DNA of 64,000 nucleotides from an uncultured Clostridia bacterium. Lineage in GTDB: Bacteria > Bacillota > Clostridia > Christensenellales > UBA1242. The notes beneath the pieces were generated by a model. It worked only from the letters and a program-made list of their open reading frames with translations. It had not been told where the DNA came from and ran no database searches. Shown here piece by piece: positions 28,626-37,885 of the stretch. Each line of letters starts with the position of its first letter. The stretch's first letter is position 1. The stretch spans positions 133,499 to 197,498 of the forward strand of contig CAKVHF010000002.1 in the NCBI GenBank assembly GCA_934748015.1, given 5' to 3'. The position numbers and the translations under genes are program-made.

Positions 28626-29324
28626 ATGATAGAAGATAAAAATATTGAGACTGAAGCTAATGACACTATGCCCCAAGATGTGGCAACCGATGAGATCAAT
28701 ACTGAAGTAGTAGATAATCCTACAACTGAAGAAATGAAAACAGAAGAGGTTGCGACTTTGAGCCCAGAAGAAGAAGCTAGACAGCGTGAGATAGAAGAAG
28801 CTAAGAAGGATGCTAAGTGGTATGTACTACATACATTCTCTGGATACGAAAATGTAGCAAAAGAGAACCTTGAGATAGTTATCGATAAGTACAATCTACA
28901 ACTTCGTATATTTGATATCGTTATCCCTATGGAAGACGTTGTTGAAGAGAAGAATGGCAAGCGTAAGATTGTTACTCGTAAGTTAATGCCGGGATATATC
29001 CTAGTTAAGATGAACTATGGTGACGATATATGGCATGCTGTTACTCGTACTAGAGGTATCACAGGCTTTGTTGGTCCAAAGGGTAGACCACTACCTATGG
29101 GAGATGAAGAGATCAGAAAGATGCATCTAGAGAAGGTAAGTGTAGTTAACACTAATCTAAGAGAGGGTAGCAAGGTTGAGATCCTAGACGGAGCGCTTAA
29201 TGGCTTTGTTGGAACAATCACCTCTATTGATGACAATACAGGCAAGTGTCGTGTTGTAGTAGAGATGTTTGGCAGAGAGACACCTGTGGATGTAACACTA
29301 GACCAAGTCAAAGAATTGGTGTAA
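28626..29324 (+). CDS. nusG: Transcription termination/antitermination factor NusG with a ~60-aa acidic N-terminal extension
   Basis: The NGN domain starts at KWYVLHTFSGYENVAKENLE. The KOW domain is GSKVEILDGALNGFVGTITSID. Confidence 0.93.
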   Translation: MIEDKNIETEANDTMPQDVATDEINTEVVDNPTTEEMKTEEVATLSPEEEARQREIEEAKKDAKWYVLHTFSGYENVAKENLEIVIDKYNLQLRIFDIVIPMEDVVEEKNGKRKIVTRKLMPGYILVKMNYGDDIWHAVTRTRGITGFVGPKGRPLPMGDEEIRKMHLEKVSVVNTNLREGSKVEILDGALNGFVGTITSIDDNTGKCRVVVEMFGRETPVDVTLDQVKELV

Positions 29325-29471
29325 TAGATATCTATCACCAGTTTCTAATAGTTTTTTAATTATTTGATATGCCTAACAAGTTTTTTTTAAGGGGAAAAAA
29401 TATAACACATTGTTTTGGGTGTTGGGCTACTATGAAACAAAACAAATGGAGCAAATGATATTGGTTGTAAG

Positions 29472-29503
29472 AAAAACAATGGGAAGTATATAATTGTTTT
29501 TTT
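29472..29503 (+). terminator. Weak A/U-rich hairpin with T-tract after nusG
   Basis: AAAAACAAT-(12 nt)-ATTGTTTTT followed by TT. The stem has only one G-C pair. Confidence 0.35.
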
Positions 29504-29630
29504 GCAATATATATGGGCTAGATGTTACATATTGTACAGATAGTCCAAGATTGTGGGAGAAATGTAAATCTTGTGTAATGCATTTTGTTTATACCACATA
29601 TTGCCAAAAATTTGGCAGGAGGAAATCGCT

Positions 29631-30059
29631 ATGGCAGAGAAAAAAGTTAATGCAGTAGTAAAATTACAATTACCAGCAGGTAAGGCAACAGCAGGTCCAC
29701 CAGTTGGTTCTACACTAGGACCTCACGGAATTAACATTCCAGCATTTACTAAGGAGTTCAATGAGAAGACTGCTAGTCAAGCCGGACTTGTTATTCCAGT
29801 TGTTATCACTATCTACCAAGATAGAAGTTTTACTTTTGTGCTTAAGACTCCACCAGTAGCAGTTCTTGTTAAGAAAGCACTAGGAATCGAAAGTGGTTCT
29901 GCTGCACCTAATAAGACAAAAGTTGCTACTATTACTAAGGCACAAATCAAGCAAATTGCTGAAACTAAAATGCCTGACCTTAACGCTGCTAGTATCGAAA
30001 GTGCTATGAGCATGGTAGAAGGTACTTGCAAGAGCATGGGCATAACTGTAACCGACTAA
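29631..30059 (+). CDS. rplK: 50S ribosomal protein L11
   Basis: ATG at 29631 follows GGCAGGAGGA; the track's 29571 start adds a non-homologous 20 aa. The sequence [44 protein letters not shown] is canonical L11. Confidence 0.95.
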   Translation: MAEKKVNAVVKLQLPAGKATAGPPVGSTLGPHGINIPAFTKEFNEKTASQAGLVIPVVITIYQDRSFTFVLKTPPVAVLVKKALGIESGSAAPNKTKVATITKAQIKQIAETKMPDLNAASIESAMSMVEGTCKSMGITVTD

Positions 30060-30139
30060 GATTACAATTATTATTGAAAGTGGGAGAATAAAAAATCTAA
30101 ACTATAAATTTTATTCGACATACCACATAGGAGAGAAAT

Positions 30140-30820
30140 ATGAAAAGAGGTAAGAAATATTTAGAGAGTGCTAGCCTTGTTAATAGAGAGACTCTTTATG
30201 GCGTAGACGAAGCACTAGAATTAGTAGAAAAGACTGCTAAAGCTAAATTTGATGAAACAGTAGAACTTCACATCAAATTGGGTGTTGATGGCAGAAATGC
30301 TGATCAACAAGTAAGAGGCGTAGTTGTTCTTCCTAACGGAACTGGTAGAACTGTAAGAGTTCTTGCAATCTGTAAGGGTGACAATGTTGCTATCGCTGAG
30401 AAAGCCGGTGCTGACTATGTTGGTGCTGAAGAAATGATCGCTAAGATCCAAGGCGGTTGGTTCGACTTCGATACAGTAGTAACCACACCAGATATGATGC
30501 CCGCTATGGGTCGTATCGCAAAACTTTTGGGACCAAAGGGCTTAATGCCAAATCCTAAGAGTGGTACTGTTAATGCTGATATCAAGCGTGCTATTGATGA
30601 TATTAAAGCTGGTAAAGTAGAGTACAGACTAGACAAAACTAATATCATCCACGTACGTATCGGTAAGGTTTCTTTCGGAACTCAAAAGTTAAGAGAGAAC
30701 TTCGATGCATTGATGGATGCTATTGTTAAGGCTAAGCCAGCTGCTGCAAAGGGTACATATATTAAGAGCGTAGTTGCTTCTAGTACTATGGGTCCTGGCA
30801 TCAGAGTAGACTACAAATAA
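30140..30820 (+). CDS. rplA: 50S ribosomal protein L1
   Basis: MKRGKKY...[33 protein letters not shown]...[15 protein letters not shown] is canonical L1. Confidence 0.95.
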   Translation: MKRGKKYLESASLVNRETLYGVDEALELVEKTAKAKFDETVELHIKLGVDGRNADQQVRGVVVLPNGTGRTVRVLAICKGDNVAIAEKAGADYVGAEEMIAKIQGGWFDFDTVVTTPDMMPAMGRIAKLLGPKGLMPNPKSGTVNADIKRAIDDIKAGKVEYRLDKTNIIHVRIGKVSFGTQKLRENFDALMDAIVKAKPAAAKGTYIKSVVASSTMGPGIRVDYK

Positions 30821-30857
30821 GTCTTGTATAACAAATTTTTTAAACATTACAAAGAAG

Positions 30858-30897
30858 AATACTGTTAATCTTGCAATTGATTGGCAGTATTTTTTTA
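30858..30897 (+). terminator. Rho-independent terminator after rplA
   Basis: AATACTG...CAGTATT with an inner AATC/GATT extension, followed by TTTTTTATTT. Confidence 0.65.
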
Positions 30898-31201
30898 TTT
30901 GTTATTGCCATTAAGAAATACAACATTAAATATAGTTTTGTTTGAGGCAGGTGCATAAATAGGTTGCTAGGTTAGATAAAAATATGTTTTTTTCAAATAA
31001 TATAAATATATTTAGCAAATGTAGGCTAAAAATGTTATACTTTGAAGTATAAGAGGGACTTTTAGGATTAATTTTGGAGCAAATAGTGCTTTGCGGATTG
31101 GCAAAATGGGATAATTTGCTATTTCTTAAACATGAGGGAGTGTTGGACTGAGAATTATGCACAATCTTAAAGGTTTGCAAATATGAAAAGAGGAAAATGA
31201 T

Positions 31202-33880
31202 ATGTCGAAGAAGATATTGGGCATTGCAAAATACATGGTTGTTGCACTAGTAATGCTACTGGCAGGGGTGGTGTTGTGTGCATGTGATGCAAGTCCAGCC
31301 AAGATTGAAAATATCAACAAAATTGCGGTAGACAAGATTGAGTGTGTGTGGAACGTAGATACAACCGATGGGGTAGTGCAAGATACCAGCGGAAAACAAC
31401 TTAATGATAAGTATGTTAAGCAATATGACGGATTAGATTTTTTGGACAAAGTCTCTGTCAAAAGAGGCAGCTTGGTTGTATCCCCCAATGATTATACTCT
31501 AGTGGCTAGCAAGATAGCGGATGATGAAACCACGGAGAGTGTAACAGAGATTGTAGAGGTAGGATCTTACAGCGTGTCACTTGTAAGTGATACATACAAT
31601 ATCGACTTGGATCTACTACTGACTATTAAGCCAAAAGAGGTAGAGTGGATATTTACTACTGGGACTGGAACAGATGTTAATACATACAAGGCAACATATT
31701 CTGGACAAGATTATATAAGCGATATATATATTGACGGACTAGTTGGTGAAGATGCAACTAATGTAGAGTATACAATAATTAATAATGGAACCAGCGAAGA
31801 AGTTGCAGAACTTAAGGATGTTGGAGACTATTCTGTGAGGGTTAAAGAAGGCACAATCCCTAGAGGAAGATATCTTAATTTATTTTCAGAGTTGTTAACA
31901 AATCATATTGATGTTTTTATTAATGCCAAAGGAATTGCTATCACCGAGGATATGTGGGGATTGGATAGCAAAATAGTTAAGGGTAGTGGCGAGAACACAT
32001 ATAGTGTAGACTATCAAGGCACATCCATACTTAATCTAATCAATGTCAATGTATATGATGGGGTAGAGGATGTAGCTAGCAGATTGGTTATTACGAAAGA
32101 TGGCAATGAGGTAGCAGATATAATTGAGGCTGGCGAGTATGAACTGACATTGTATAGAGACAATAACAATTACTCGTTTAATAACAACAAGATATATCTC
32201 AATGTTAACAAGGCAACAGTAGATATCTTGTGGGAAGGTTATACTTATGATACTGAGAATGATATCAACTACATTATCTACAATACTCATGATAATGTAG
32301 ACACTATCAAGGCTTATTACATTATAGATGGCGTAAGATATGACATTGATAGTTATTATTATCAATACCTAAGTGATGGCAGTTATGTAGGGATTGCTGA
32401 GGTCAGGAATGCAGGACAATACAGAATCTCTTACGATAATACATCAGTTAGTGTTGTTTCAAGAGATGCTAGTCAAGAGGTCATTGAGATAACAATTATC
32501 CCTAAGGATATATATATTGTTGCGGTTGCAAAGACAATCAATAGCAACGATGATATCCCAGCAAATGCAGAATATAGATTGTACGAAACATACGATTCTG
32601 CGACTGCTACGGGAGATGAACTGACTAACTGGGGCGAAACTGTTTCTATGCTATTTGATTATTATACAACAGGTGCTACACCAGAGGTTGTATCAATAGA
32701 AACAATCAAGACACTTATTAATGCTTGGCAATACAGTGATGGAAATACGCAAAAATTATACACAATTAGGCTAAAACAAAATACTGAAAGTAATTACAGC
32801 AATTATAATATAAAAGGTGTTATTGACGGTGTTTTGACCATTAATCTTGCAAAATATACAATTGTGTTCCGTTTGGACGGCAGAACTGACAACCAGATAA
32901 GCAAAGAATATTATGTAACCCAGACTATTGATGCGACAGAGGCAAATAGTAGATTTGCAGCAGTAGCTGGAACAAGAGAGATAACAGACTGGTATGTTGC
33001 CGGCAATATAGTTGATCTTGCAACATACAAGGTGTATAGCAATGTGGTTCTTAACAAGTATCTTGTGTACAAAGTTAATTATTATAACGAGGCAGGGGAT
33101 ACCATTATCTATACCGACAGATATTCAATGATATCTTTAGTCACTTTCCCTAAATATTTGGGAGAGAATACTCCAACTAAATTTGCATATACTTTGACCG
33201 GCTGGAGATGGAATACAACACAATATCCATTGAGTTCCGTTGTGTCTACTGGATCATTAAGTTCTAGAATAGATATTGATCTACATCCAATATTTGCGAT
33301 CAATAGATATAGTATTGTTTTGCGTTATTATATAGAGGGTGTGTTCAGCGATAGTTCCAATATTCTATACACTATTGACGATTATGATAACAATACAGAG
33401 TTCAATCTAAGTGATAAGATCAAACAGGTAGAGGGATATGAATTTGTAGGCTGGTACTATAATAAAACAAAGTTGTCCAATATTGTTACTCTGCCTAGTT
33501 TATTTGTAAGAGAGAATATTGGCAAAAGCATGACTTTTGAGACAAAATATAAGTTGTTTGAGTGTAGTGTGACATTGATTGTAGGTGACAAAACGATCAA
33601 AACAATTTCGCTAGAAGAGGGTGCAAAGATAAATACTGAATATCTGCAATCATTGATAGATAAGAAATTTGGCTATATATACATTATGACCAATGTTCCT
33701 AAGACTGCTAGTGGTGCATCGGTGATAGTAAGAGTTGCAGAAGTGCCACTACTATGGATAATTATTGGTGTTGTAGCAGTGTCTGGCATACTGACCCTAG
33801 TGATAGTAAAATATGTTAAGAAAAAGAAATCTAAATTGGATGAAGACAAACTAGATGTTATCCTAAATAAGTTAAAATAA
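31202..33880 (+). CDS. Cell-surface repeat protein (MBG-like and Listeria/Bacteroides InlB-B-type repeats) with N-terminal signal/lipobox-like sequence and C-terminal TM anchor
   Basis: The N-terminus is MVVALVMLLAGVVLCAC. There are repeated modules ending G(D/S/E)Y.V (VEVGSYSVSLVSD, LKDVGDYSVRV, IEAGEYELTLY, VRNAGQYRISY). GW motifs (YTLTGWRWN, GYEFVGWYYN) mark InlB-B-type repeats. The C-terminal LLWIIIGVVAVSGILTLVIVKYVKKKKSK is a stop-transfer anchor. Confidence 0.8.
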   Translation: MSKKILGIAKYMVVALVMLLAGVVLCACDASPAKIENINKIAVDKIECVWNVDTTDGVVQDTSGKQLNDKYVKQYDGLDFLDKVSVKRGSLVVSPNDYTLVASKIADDETTESVTEIVEVGSYSVSLVSDTYNIDLDLLLTIKPKEVEWIFTTGTGTDVNTYKATYSGQDYISDIYIDGLVGEDATNVEYTIINNGTSEEVAELKDVGDYSVRVKEGTIPRGRYLNLFSELLTNHIDVFINAKGIAITEDMWGLDSKIVKGSGENTYSVDYQGTSILNLINVNVYDGVEDVASRLVITKDGNEVADIIEAGEYELTLYRDNNNYSFNNNKIYLNVNKATVDILWEGYTYDTENDINYIIYNTHDNVDTIKAYYIIDGVRYDIDSYYYQYLSDGSYVGIAEVRNAGQYRISYDNTSVSVVSRDASQEVIEITIIPKDIYIVAVAKTINSNDDIPANAEYRLYETYDSATATGDELTNWGETVSMLFDYYTTGATPEVVSIETIKTLINAWQYSDGNTQKLYTIRLKQNTESNYSNYNIKGVIDGVLTINLAKYTIVFRLDGRTDNQISKEYYVTQTIDATEANSRFAAVAGTREITDWYVAGNIVDLATYKVYSNVVLNKYLVYKVNYYNEAGDTIIYTDRYSMISLVTFPKYLGENTPTKFAYTLTGWRWNTTQYPLSSVVSTGSLSSRIDIDLHPIFAINRYSIVLRYYIEGVFSDSSNILYTIDDYDNNTEFNLSDKIKQVEGYEFVGWYYNKTKLSNIVTLPSLFVRENIGKSMTFETKYKLFECSVTLIVGDKTIKTISLEEGAKINTEYLQSLIDKKFGYIYIMTNVPKTASGASVIVRVAEVPLLWIIIGVVAVSGILTLVIVKYVKKKKSKLDEDKLDVILNKLK

Positions 33881-34005
33881 TCTACAATATTTTTGTATGT
33901 TATATTATGACAAAGTTATTATTGGCTTAGAAATATTAAAAAATTAGAAAAATAGTGTGCAATGTAATAACAATAGAAAAATCTTTTTGATGATTTTAAT
34001 TAAAA

Positions 34006-34062
34006 AAATAACGATAATGTATTAACTAATAAAAAGTTCTTGCATTGTCGTTATTTTATTTT
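34006..34062 (+). terminator. Terminator hairpin after the surface-protein gene
   Basis: AAATAACGATAATG-(23 nt)-CATTGTCGTTATTT (14 bp, one G.U pair) followed by TTATTTT. Confidence 0.5.
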
Positions 34063-34186
34063 GCAAAATGGCTTTTTTGTGCCATACTATTTGTGTTATG
34101 AAAGATATATATTTGCGAAATAACTTAATAGTAGGAACAATTTTGTTGGACAATCCGACAATGCCTATTTTTGGCCATTTTGCAAA
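34060..34186. repeat. 13-bp perfect inverted repeat TTTGCAAAATGGC ... GCCATTTTGCAAA flanking a ~100-bp spacer
   Basis: The left arm is 34060-34072 and the right arm is 34174-34186. The right arm ends 8 nt before the G11 tract. Confidence 0.85.
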
Positions 34187-34194
34187 TGCTCAAC

Positions 34195-34205
34195 GGGGGG
34201 GGGGG
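34195..34205 (+). repeat. Homopolymeric G11 tract
   Basis: caac-GGGGGGGGGGG-tgtcc, about 165 nt upstream of the LRR-protein ATG. It is very unusual in this AT-rich sequence. Confidence 0.95.
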
Positions 34206-34370
34206 TGTCCTTTGGTAAGGATAACATAATTTTATCCCCAGTTCATAACCAACACAATATAATAATTAGTAAATTAAAGGATATGAGGTAAAAATTATCA
34301 AATATTTTACCATATCATTTTTTGTTTTTTGCCCCCAAAAATACAAATACTAAATGAAAAGGAAGTAGCA

Positions 34371-36917
34371 ATGAGTAAGAATAAAAAATTGTTAATTGCA
34401 ATTGCACTAATGTCAATTATGCTAATAGCCATGATCGTGGGTATTATGGTTGTGATGGTTGCAGGCAATCAAAATGCTAAAGTGCAATTGAAGGTAAAAT
34501 ATCAAGTAAGTGATGTATATGTAGATATATCCGCTAAGGCATATATAGGTAGCAATGTGTATACTCTCAAGAATGGAAACTCAGATATATTGACATTATC
34601 TCCTATCAATATGAGTGGCGAACTTAATCAGATCGAAGAAGAACTAATCATGGATAGAGATAACTCTAAGATAATATATGAGTACAAGTTTACCAATCGA
34701 TCCAAAACCATCCCAGCCAACATATCTCAGACCATAGAGAATGGTGGGGTAAAAGTGCCGGTAGATACTATCAACAACAATATATTGCTTACATATTCCT
34801 CTAGCACAGCCCAAAAGTATAATACAATATCATCCAGCAATACCACTCTTAACAGTCAATCATTATTACCCGAAACAACTAAGTATATCTATGTTATTGC
34901 ATCTATCCAAGATCTTATGAAAGATGTATTATTTGAGGGAGAATTTGGCTGGACATTGACTAAGGCAGACTTAGTAGATAACACAACAGAGAATGTATCT
35001 GGCGGAACAATTATATCTGGCACAGACGATGCCAATGTAGTTAACAAGGACGAAATGGATAAGATAAACCTAGTCCTTGATTGTGAGAACGAAAAGCCTA
35101 ATTATTATCCTCAGAAACCCAACAAATGCTTTACTGGTTGGTACACCAAGGACGAAAGTGGCAATGATATAGAAGTTGAATGGCCAGCACTTATAACATC
35201 TTCCACCAAGATATATCCTAAGTACGAGGATGAAACCCCAGGACTATCATACACCTACACAGGTGATGGTTATGCAATAGTAGGCGGATACAATGGTTCA
35301 ACCGCTGATATATTTGTGCCAGATATCCACAATGACGGCACACATGGTAATGCCAAGATAACTAGTATTGCGGATTATGCTTTTCAAAATAACAGTAAAA
35401 TAACTAATTTAACAATTCCTAACACTATAACCAAAATTGGCGCATATGCATTTGAACATTGTTCAAAGCTAAAGAGCATCTTTATCCCTAAAAGTGTGCT
35501 TAGTATAGGGACACGGGCGTTTAGTAGAGAATATGAAGTTGATACAGTTGTAGTTGATTCAGATAATCCAGTGTATGATAGCAGAGACAACTGTAATGCG
35601 ATCAATGTTACAGGAAGTAACACTCTGATATTTGGATACAAAGACACTGTTATTCCCAACTCCATAACAACAATAGGTGCTTATGCATTCTATCATGTTA
35701 AGACAAGTGGAAATCTTGATATTCCTTATGGTGTCAAAACACTAGAAAAGAATTCGTTTTTTTGGTCGAAAATTGCATCGATTAGTATACCTAGTAGTGT
35801 AACAAGTATTGGAAACTATGCAATGTATGGATGTGAATATCTGGTGAATATTACTATACCTGCTAGTGTGACGAGTATTGGACAACATGTATTATCTTAC
35901 TGTCCAAAATTGGAAAAAATATCTATTGAAAAAAGTAACCCAATATACAACAGTAATAACAATTGCAATGCAATAATTGAAACATCAACCAATACATTGC
36001 TTTATGGTTGTCAAAATACAGTTATACCAGATAGTGTAACAAAATTAAGTGAATACGCTTTTAGTTATTGCAAAAATATAACAGAAATTAAAATAAGCAA
36101 AAATATTATAAGTCTTAGCAACCGAACTTTTTCTGGTTGTAACAAAGTGCTTACAATAGCAGTAGATCCAGATAATCCAGTCTACGATAGCAGGGATAAC
36201 TGCAATGCTATTGTTGAGACTTCAAGTAATACTTTGCTTGTTGGTTGCTCAAATACAATTATTCCTAACAGCGTTAGTATAATTGCAGATTATGCATTTG
36301 CTGGATTAACAAATTTAACTAGTATTAACATACCTGCTAGTGTTAAGAAATTAAGTTATACTTCTTTTTTTGAATGTGTGAACATAGATACATTTATTGT
36401 TGATCCTAACAACACAGTATATGATAGCAGAAATAATTGCAATGCAATAATTGAGACTGCAAGCAATACCTTGGTTAGAGGATGTAAAAATTCTACAATA
36501 CCTAGCACTGTCACCGAGATTGGGTGTAGATCATTTTATTATGTTCAAAAACTCAATACAATTACTATCCCTAATAGTGTTAAAACAATAGGTAATTTAG
36601 CATTTAACACATGCTATGATCTTGCAACTATCTCAATTCCAACAAGTGTCACATATATAGGCAGTAAGGCATTTGAGGGATGTGATGCTTTGACATCTAT
36701 AACTATATCCAGTGGTGTTAGTTATATTGGCAACAATGCTTTTGCTGGTTGCACCAACCTTGATAGTATTACATTTGCAGACCCTACAGGGTGGAAGCTC
36801 TATGATAGTGAAACATCTACTATTGGCGAAGAAATAGCTGTTTCTACAACCGATCTATATTATAATTCAACTCTACTTAAGGCTGTGTATAGTGGCAAGA
36901 TCTGGAAGAAAGATTAG
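34371..36917 (+). CDS. BspA-type leucine-rich-repeat surface protein with N-terminal TM anchor and a module shared with ORF 25014
   Basis: ATG at 34371 follows AAAGGAAG; the track's TTG at 34329 is less likely. The TM is LLIAIALMSIMLIAMIVGIMVVMV. More than 10 repeats of the type IP.SVT.IG..AF..C..L..I (LRR_5/BspA-like) are present. Four blocks recur with DNPVYDSRDNCNAI / SNPIYNSNNNCNAI / NNTVYDSRNNCNAI. Confidence 0.88.
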   Translation: MSKNKKLLIAIALMSIMLIAMIVGIMVVMVAGNQNAKVQLKVKYQVSDVYVDISAKAYIGSNVYTLKNGNSDILTLSPINMSGELNQIEEELIMDRDNSKIIYEYKFTNRSKTIPANISQTIENGGVKVPVDTINNNILLTYSSSTAQKYNTISSSNTTLNSQSLLPETTKYIYVIASIQDLMKDVLFEGEFGWTLTKADLVDNTTENVSGGTIISGTDDANVVNKDEMDKINLVLDCENEKPNYYPQKPNKCFTGWYTKDESGNDIEVEWPALITSSTKIYPKYEDETPGLSYTYTGDGYAIVGGYNGSTADIFVPDIHNDGTHGNAKITSIADYAFQNNSKITNLTIPNTITKIGAYAFEHCSKLKSIFIPKSVLSIGTRAFSREYEVDTVVVDSDNPVYDSRDNCNAINVTGSNTLIFGYKDTVIPNSITTIGAYAFYHVKTSGNLDIPYGVKTLEKNSFFWSKIASISIPSSVTSIGNYAMYGCEYLVNITIPASVTSIGQHVLSYCPKLEKISIEKSNPIYNSNNNCNAIIETSTNTLLYGCQNTVIPDSVTKLSEYAFSYCKNITEIKISKNIISLSNRTFSGCNKVLTIAVDPDNPVYDSRDNCNAIVETSSNTLLVGCSNTIIPNSVSIIADYAFAGLTNLTSINIPASVKKLSYTSFFECVNIDTFIVDPNNTVYDSRNNCNAIIETASNTLVRGCKNSTIPSTVTEIGCRSFYYVQKLNTITIPNSVKTIGNLAFNTCYDLATISIPTSVTYIGSKAFEGCDALTSITISSGVSYIGNNAFAGCTNLDSITFADPTGWKLYDSETSTIGEEIAVSTTDLYYNSTLLKAVYSGKIWKKD

Positions 36918-37022
36918 TAACAATATGTTATTGCCGACAATACAATTTTAACTTGCTTAAAATTTTACATTACATAAATACATTATGTAACATTAGAAAA
37001 ATAAAAATAAAAAATTGTTTGT

Positions 37023-37051
37023 AAAAAAAACCGAAAGATCAATTTTTTCGG
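37023..37051 (-). terminator. Hairpin with a T8 tract on the minus strand (left copy of an inverted hairpin pair)
   Basis: The plus strand reads AAAAAAAA-CCGAAA-gatcaattt-TTTCGG-CTTAAAAC, so a U-tract follows the hairpin only when transcribed on the minus strand. Confidence 0.55.
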
Positions 37052-37133
37052 CTTAAAACTTAGACAAAACAAAAATGTCTATTTATAGCCATTTTTGTTT
37101 TTAACAGTAGCAATTATCAGAAATATTTCACTA

Positions 37134-37162
37134 TTGACACAAGGTTTTTTATATGTTATACT
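37134..37162 (+). promoter_or_regulatory. Strong sigmaA-type promoter
   Basis: TTGACA (37134-37139), a 17-nt spacer, then TG-t-TATACT, an extended -10 (37157-37162). AGGAGG lies at 37176-37181. Confidence 0.65.
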
Positions 37163-37186
37163 TTGGATACTTTTAGGAGGATTCTT

Positions 37187-37651
37187 GTGGGCAATAAAAA
37201 TTTTACAAACATTAGTGTTATCGAAAACTTTATATTAGGCGGTGCATTTACACCTTCTGTACTTGGTAAAAATTTACAACAATTGAGAGATGCAAGAAAG
37301 ACTTTTTATAACAATTTATTTGATGAATTAGCAAGTGGTGATTATAGAAATGAATTTTATGCCGAATATAAAAATTACTGCGATTTTAATAGAGATTTAA
37401 TTTGTTCCAATAAATTACCAAACGCAATTTTTTGTAGGTTATTAGATAATTTTTTGAATGATTATGATATAGTTAAACCGGTAGACAATGATAAATTTTG
37501 TTATAAAACTACATTAGATACTTTAGATTCTGTTGGAGCTCATGTAATAAATTCAAACAATGCTATAAAAAATTATCAACTATCAGGCATAAGGATGGCT
37601 AAAGATAATTTTATTGAAGATAATGAACCTTCTGAGCCATTAATTAAATAG
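37187..37651 (+). CDS. Hypothetical protein (about 154 aa), no recognisable domain
   Basis: GTG at 37187 is 5 nt after AGGAGG. The track's TTG at 37163 sits immediately after the -10 box (37157-37162) and upstream of the AGGAGG RBS, so it is unlikely to be the start. The product is hydrophilic and N/D/F-rich. Confidence 0.6.
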   Translation: MGNKNFTNISVIENFILGGAFTPSVLGKNLQQLRDARKTFYNNLFDELASGDYRNEFYAEYKNYCDFNRDLICSNKLPNAIFCRLLDNFLNDYDIVKPVDNDKFCYKTTLDTLDSVGAHVINSNNAIKNYQLSGIRMAKDNFIEDNEPSEPLIK

Positions 37652-37885
37652 TTGTGTAAATTTGTAATAATATTTGCTTAAATTTGACTAATTTTGGAAT
37701 ATGTTAGACAAATATCATACAGACAGATGCAGTCTTGACACTGTTACTGGAACTTCAAGTTTTTGTGGTTGTTTGCAACAAGATTATTTTGTCTAATTTT
37801 TAAACAATAAATACAAAAAAATGGCAACAATTAGCCATTTTAACTGATAATAAGTATTTTTGAAATGAATGTTTACTATAGTTTA

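Noticed and set aside
29546-29573. Hairpin CAAGATT-gtgggagaaatgta-AATCTTG with GGGAG in the loop in the rplK leader; possible L1-binding autoregulatory site.
   Set aside because: L1 autoregulation of the L11 operon is established in E. coli. I cannot verify from memory that this hairpin matches the 23S rRNA L1-stalk mimic, so it is not reported as a feature.
29571-29630. N-terminal extensions proposed by the ORF track for rplK (29571), the DUF1540 gene (20161), the LRR gene (34329), the HAD gene (48086), ORF 37163 and the 861-aa form starting at 41528.
   Set aside because: Each uses a non-ATG start without an RBS and adds residues not homologous to the family. In each case an internal start with a proper Shine-Dalgarno sequence is available.
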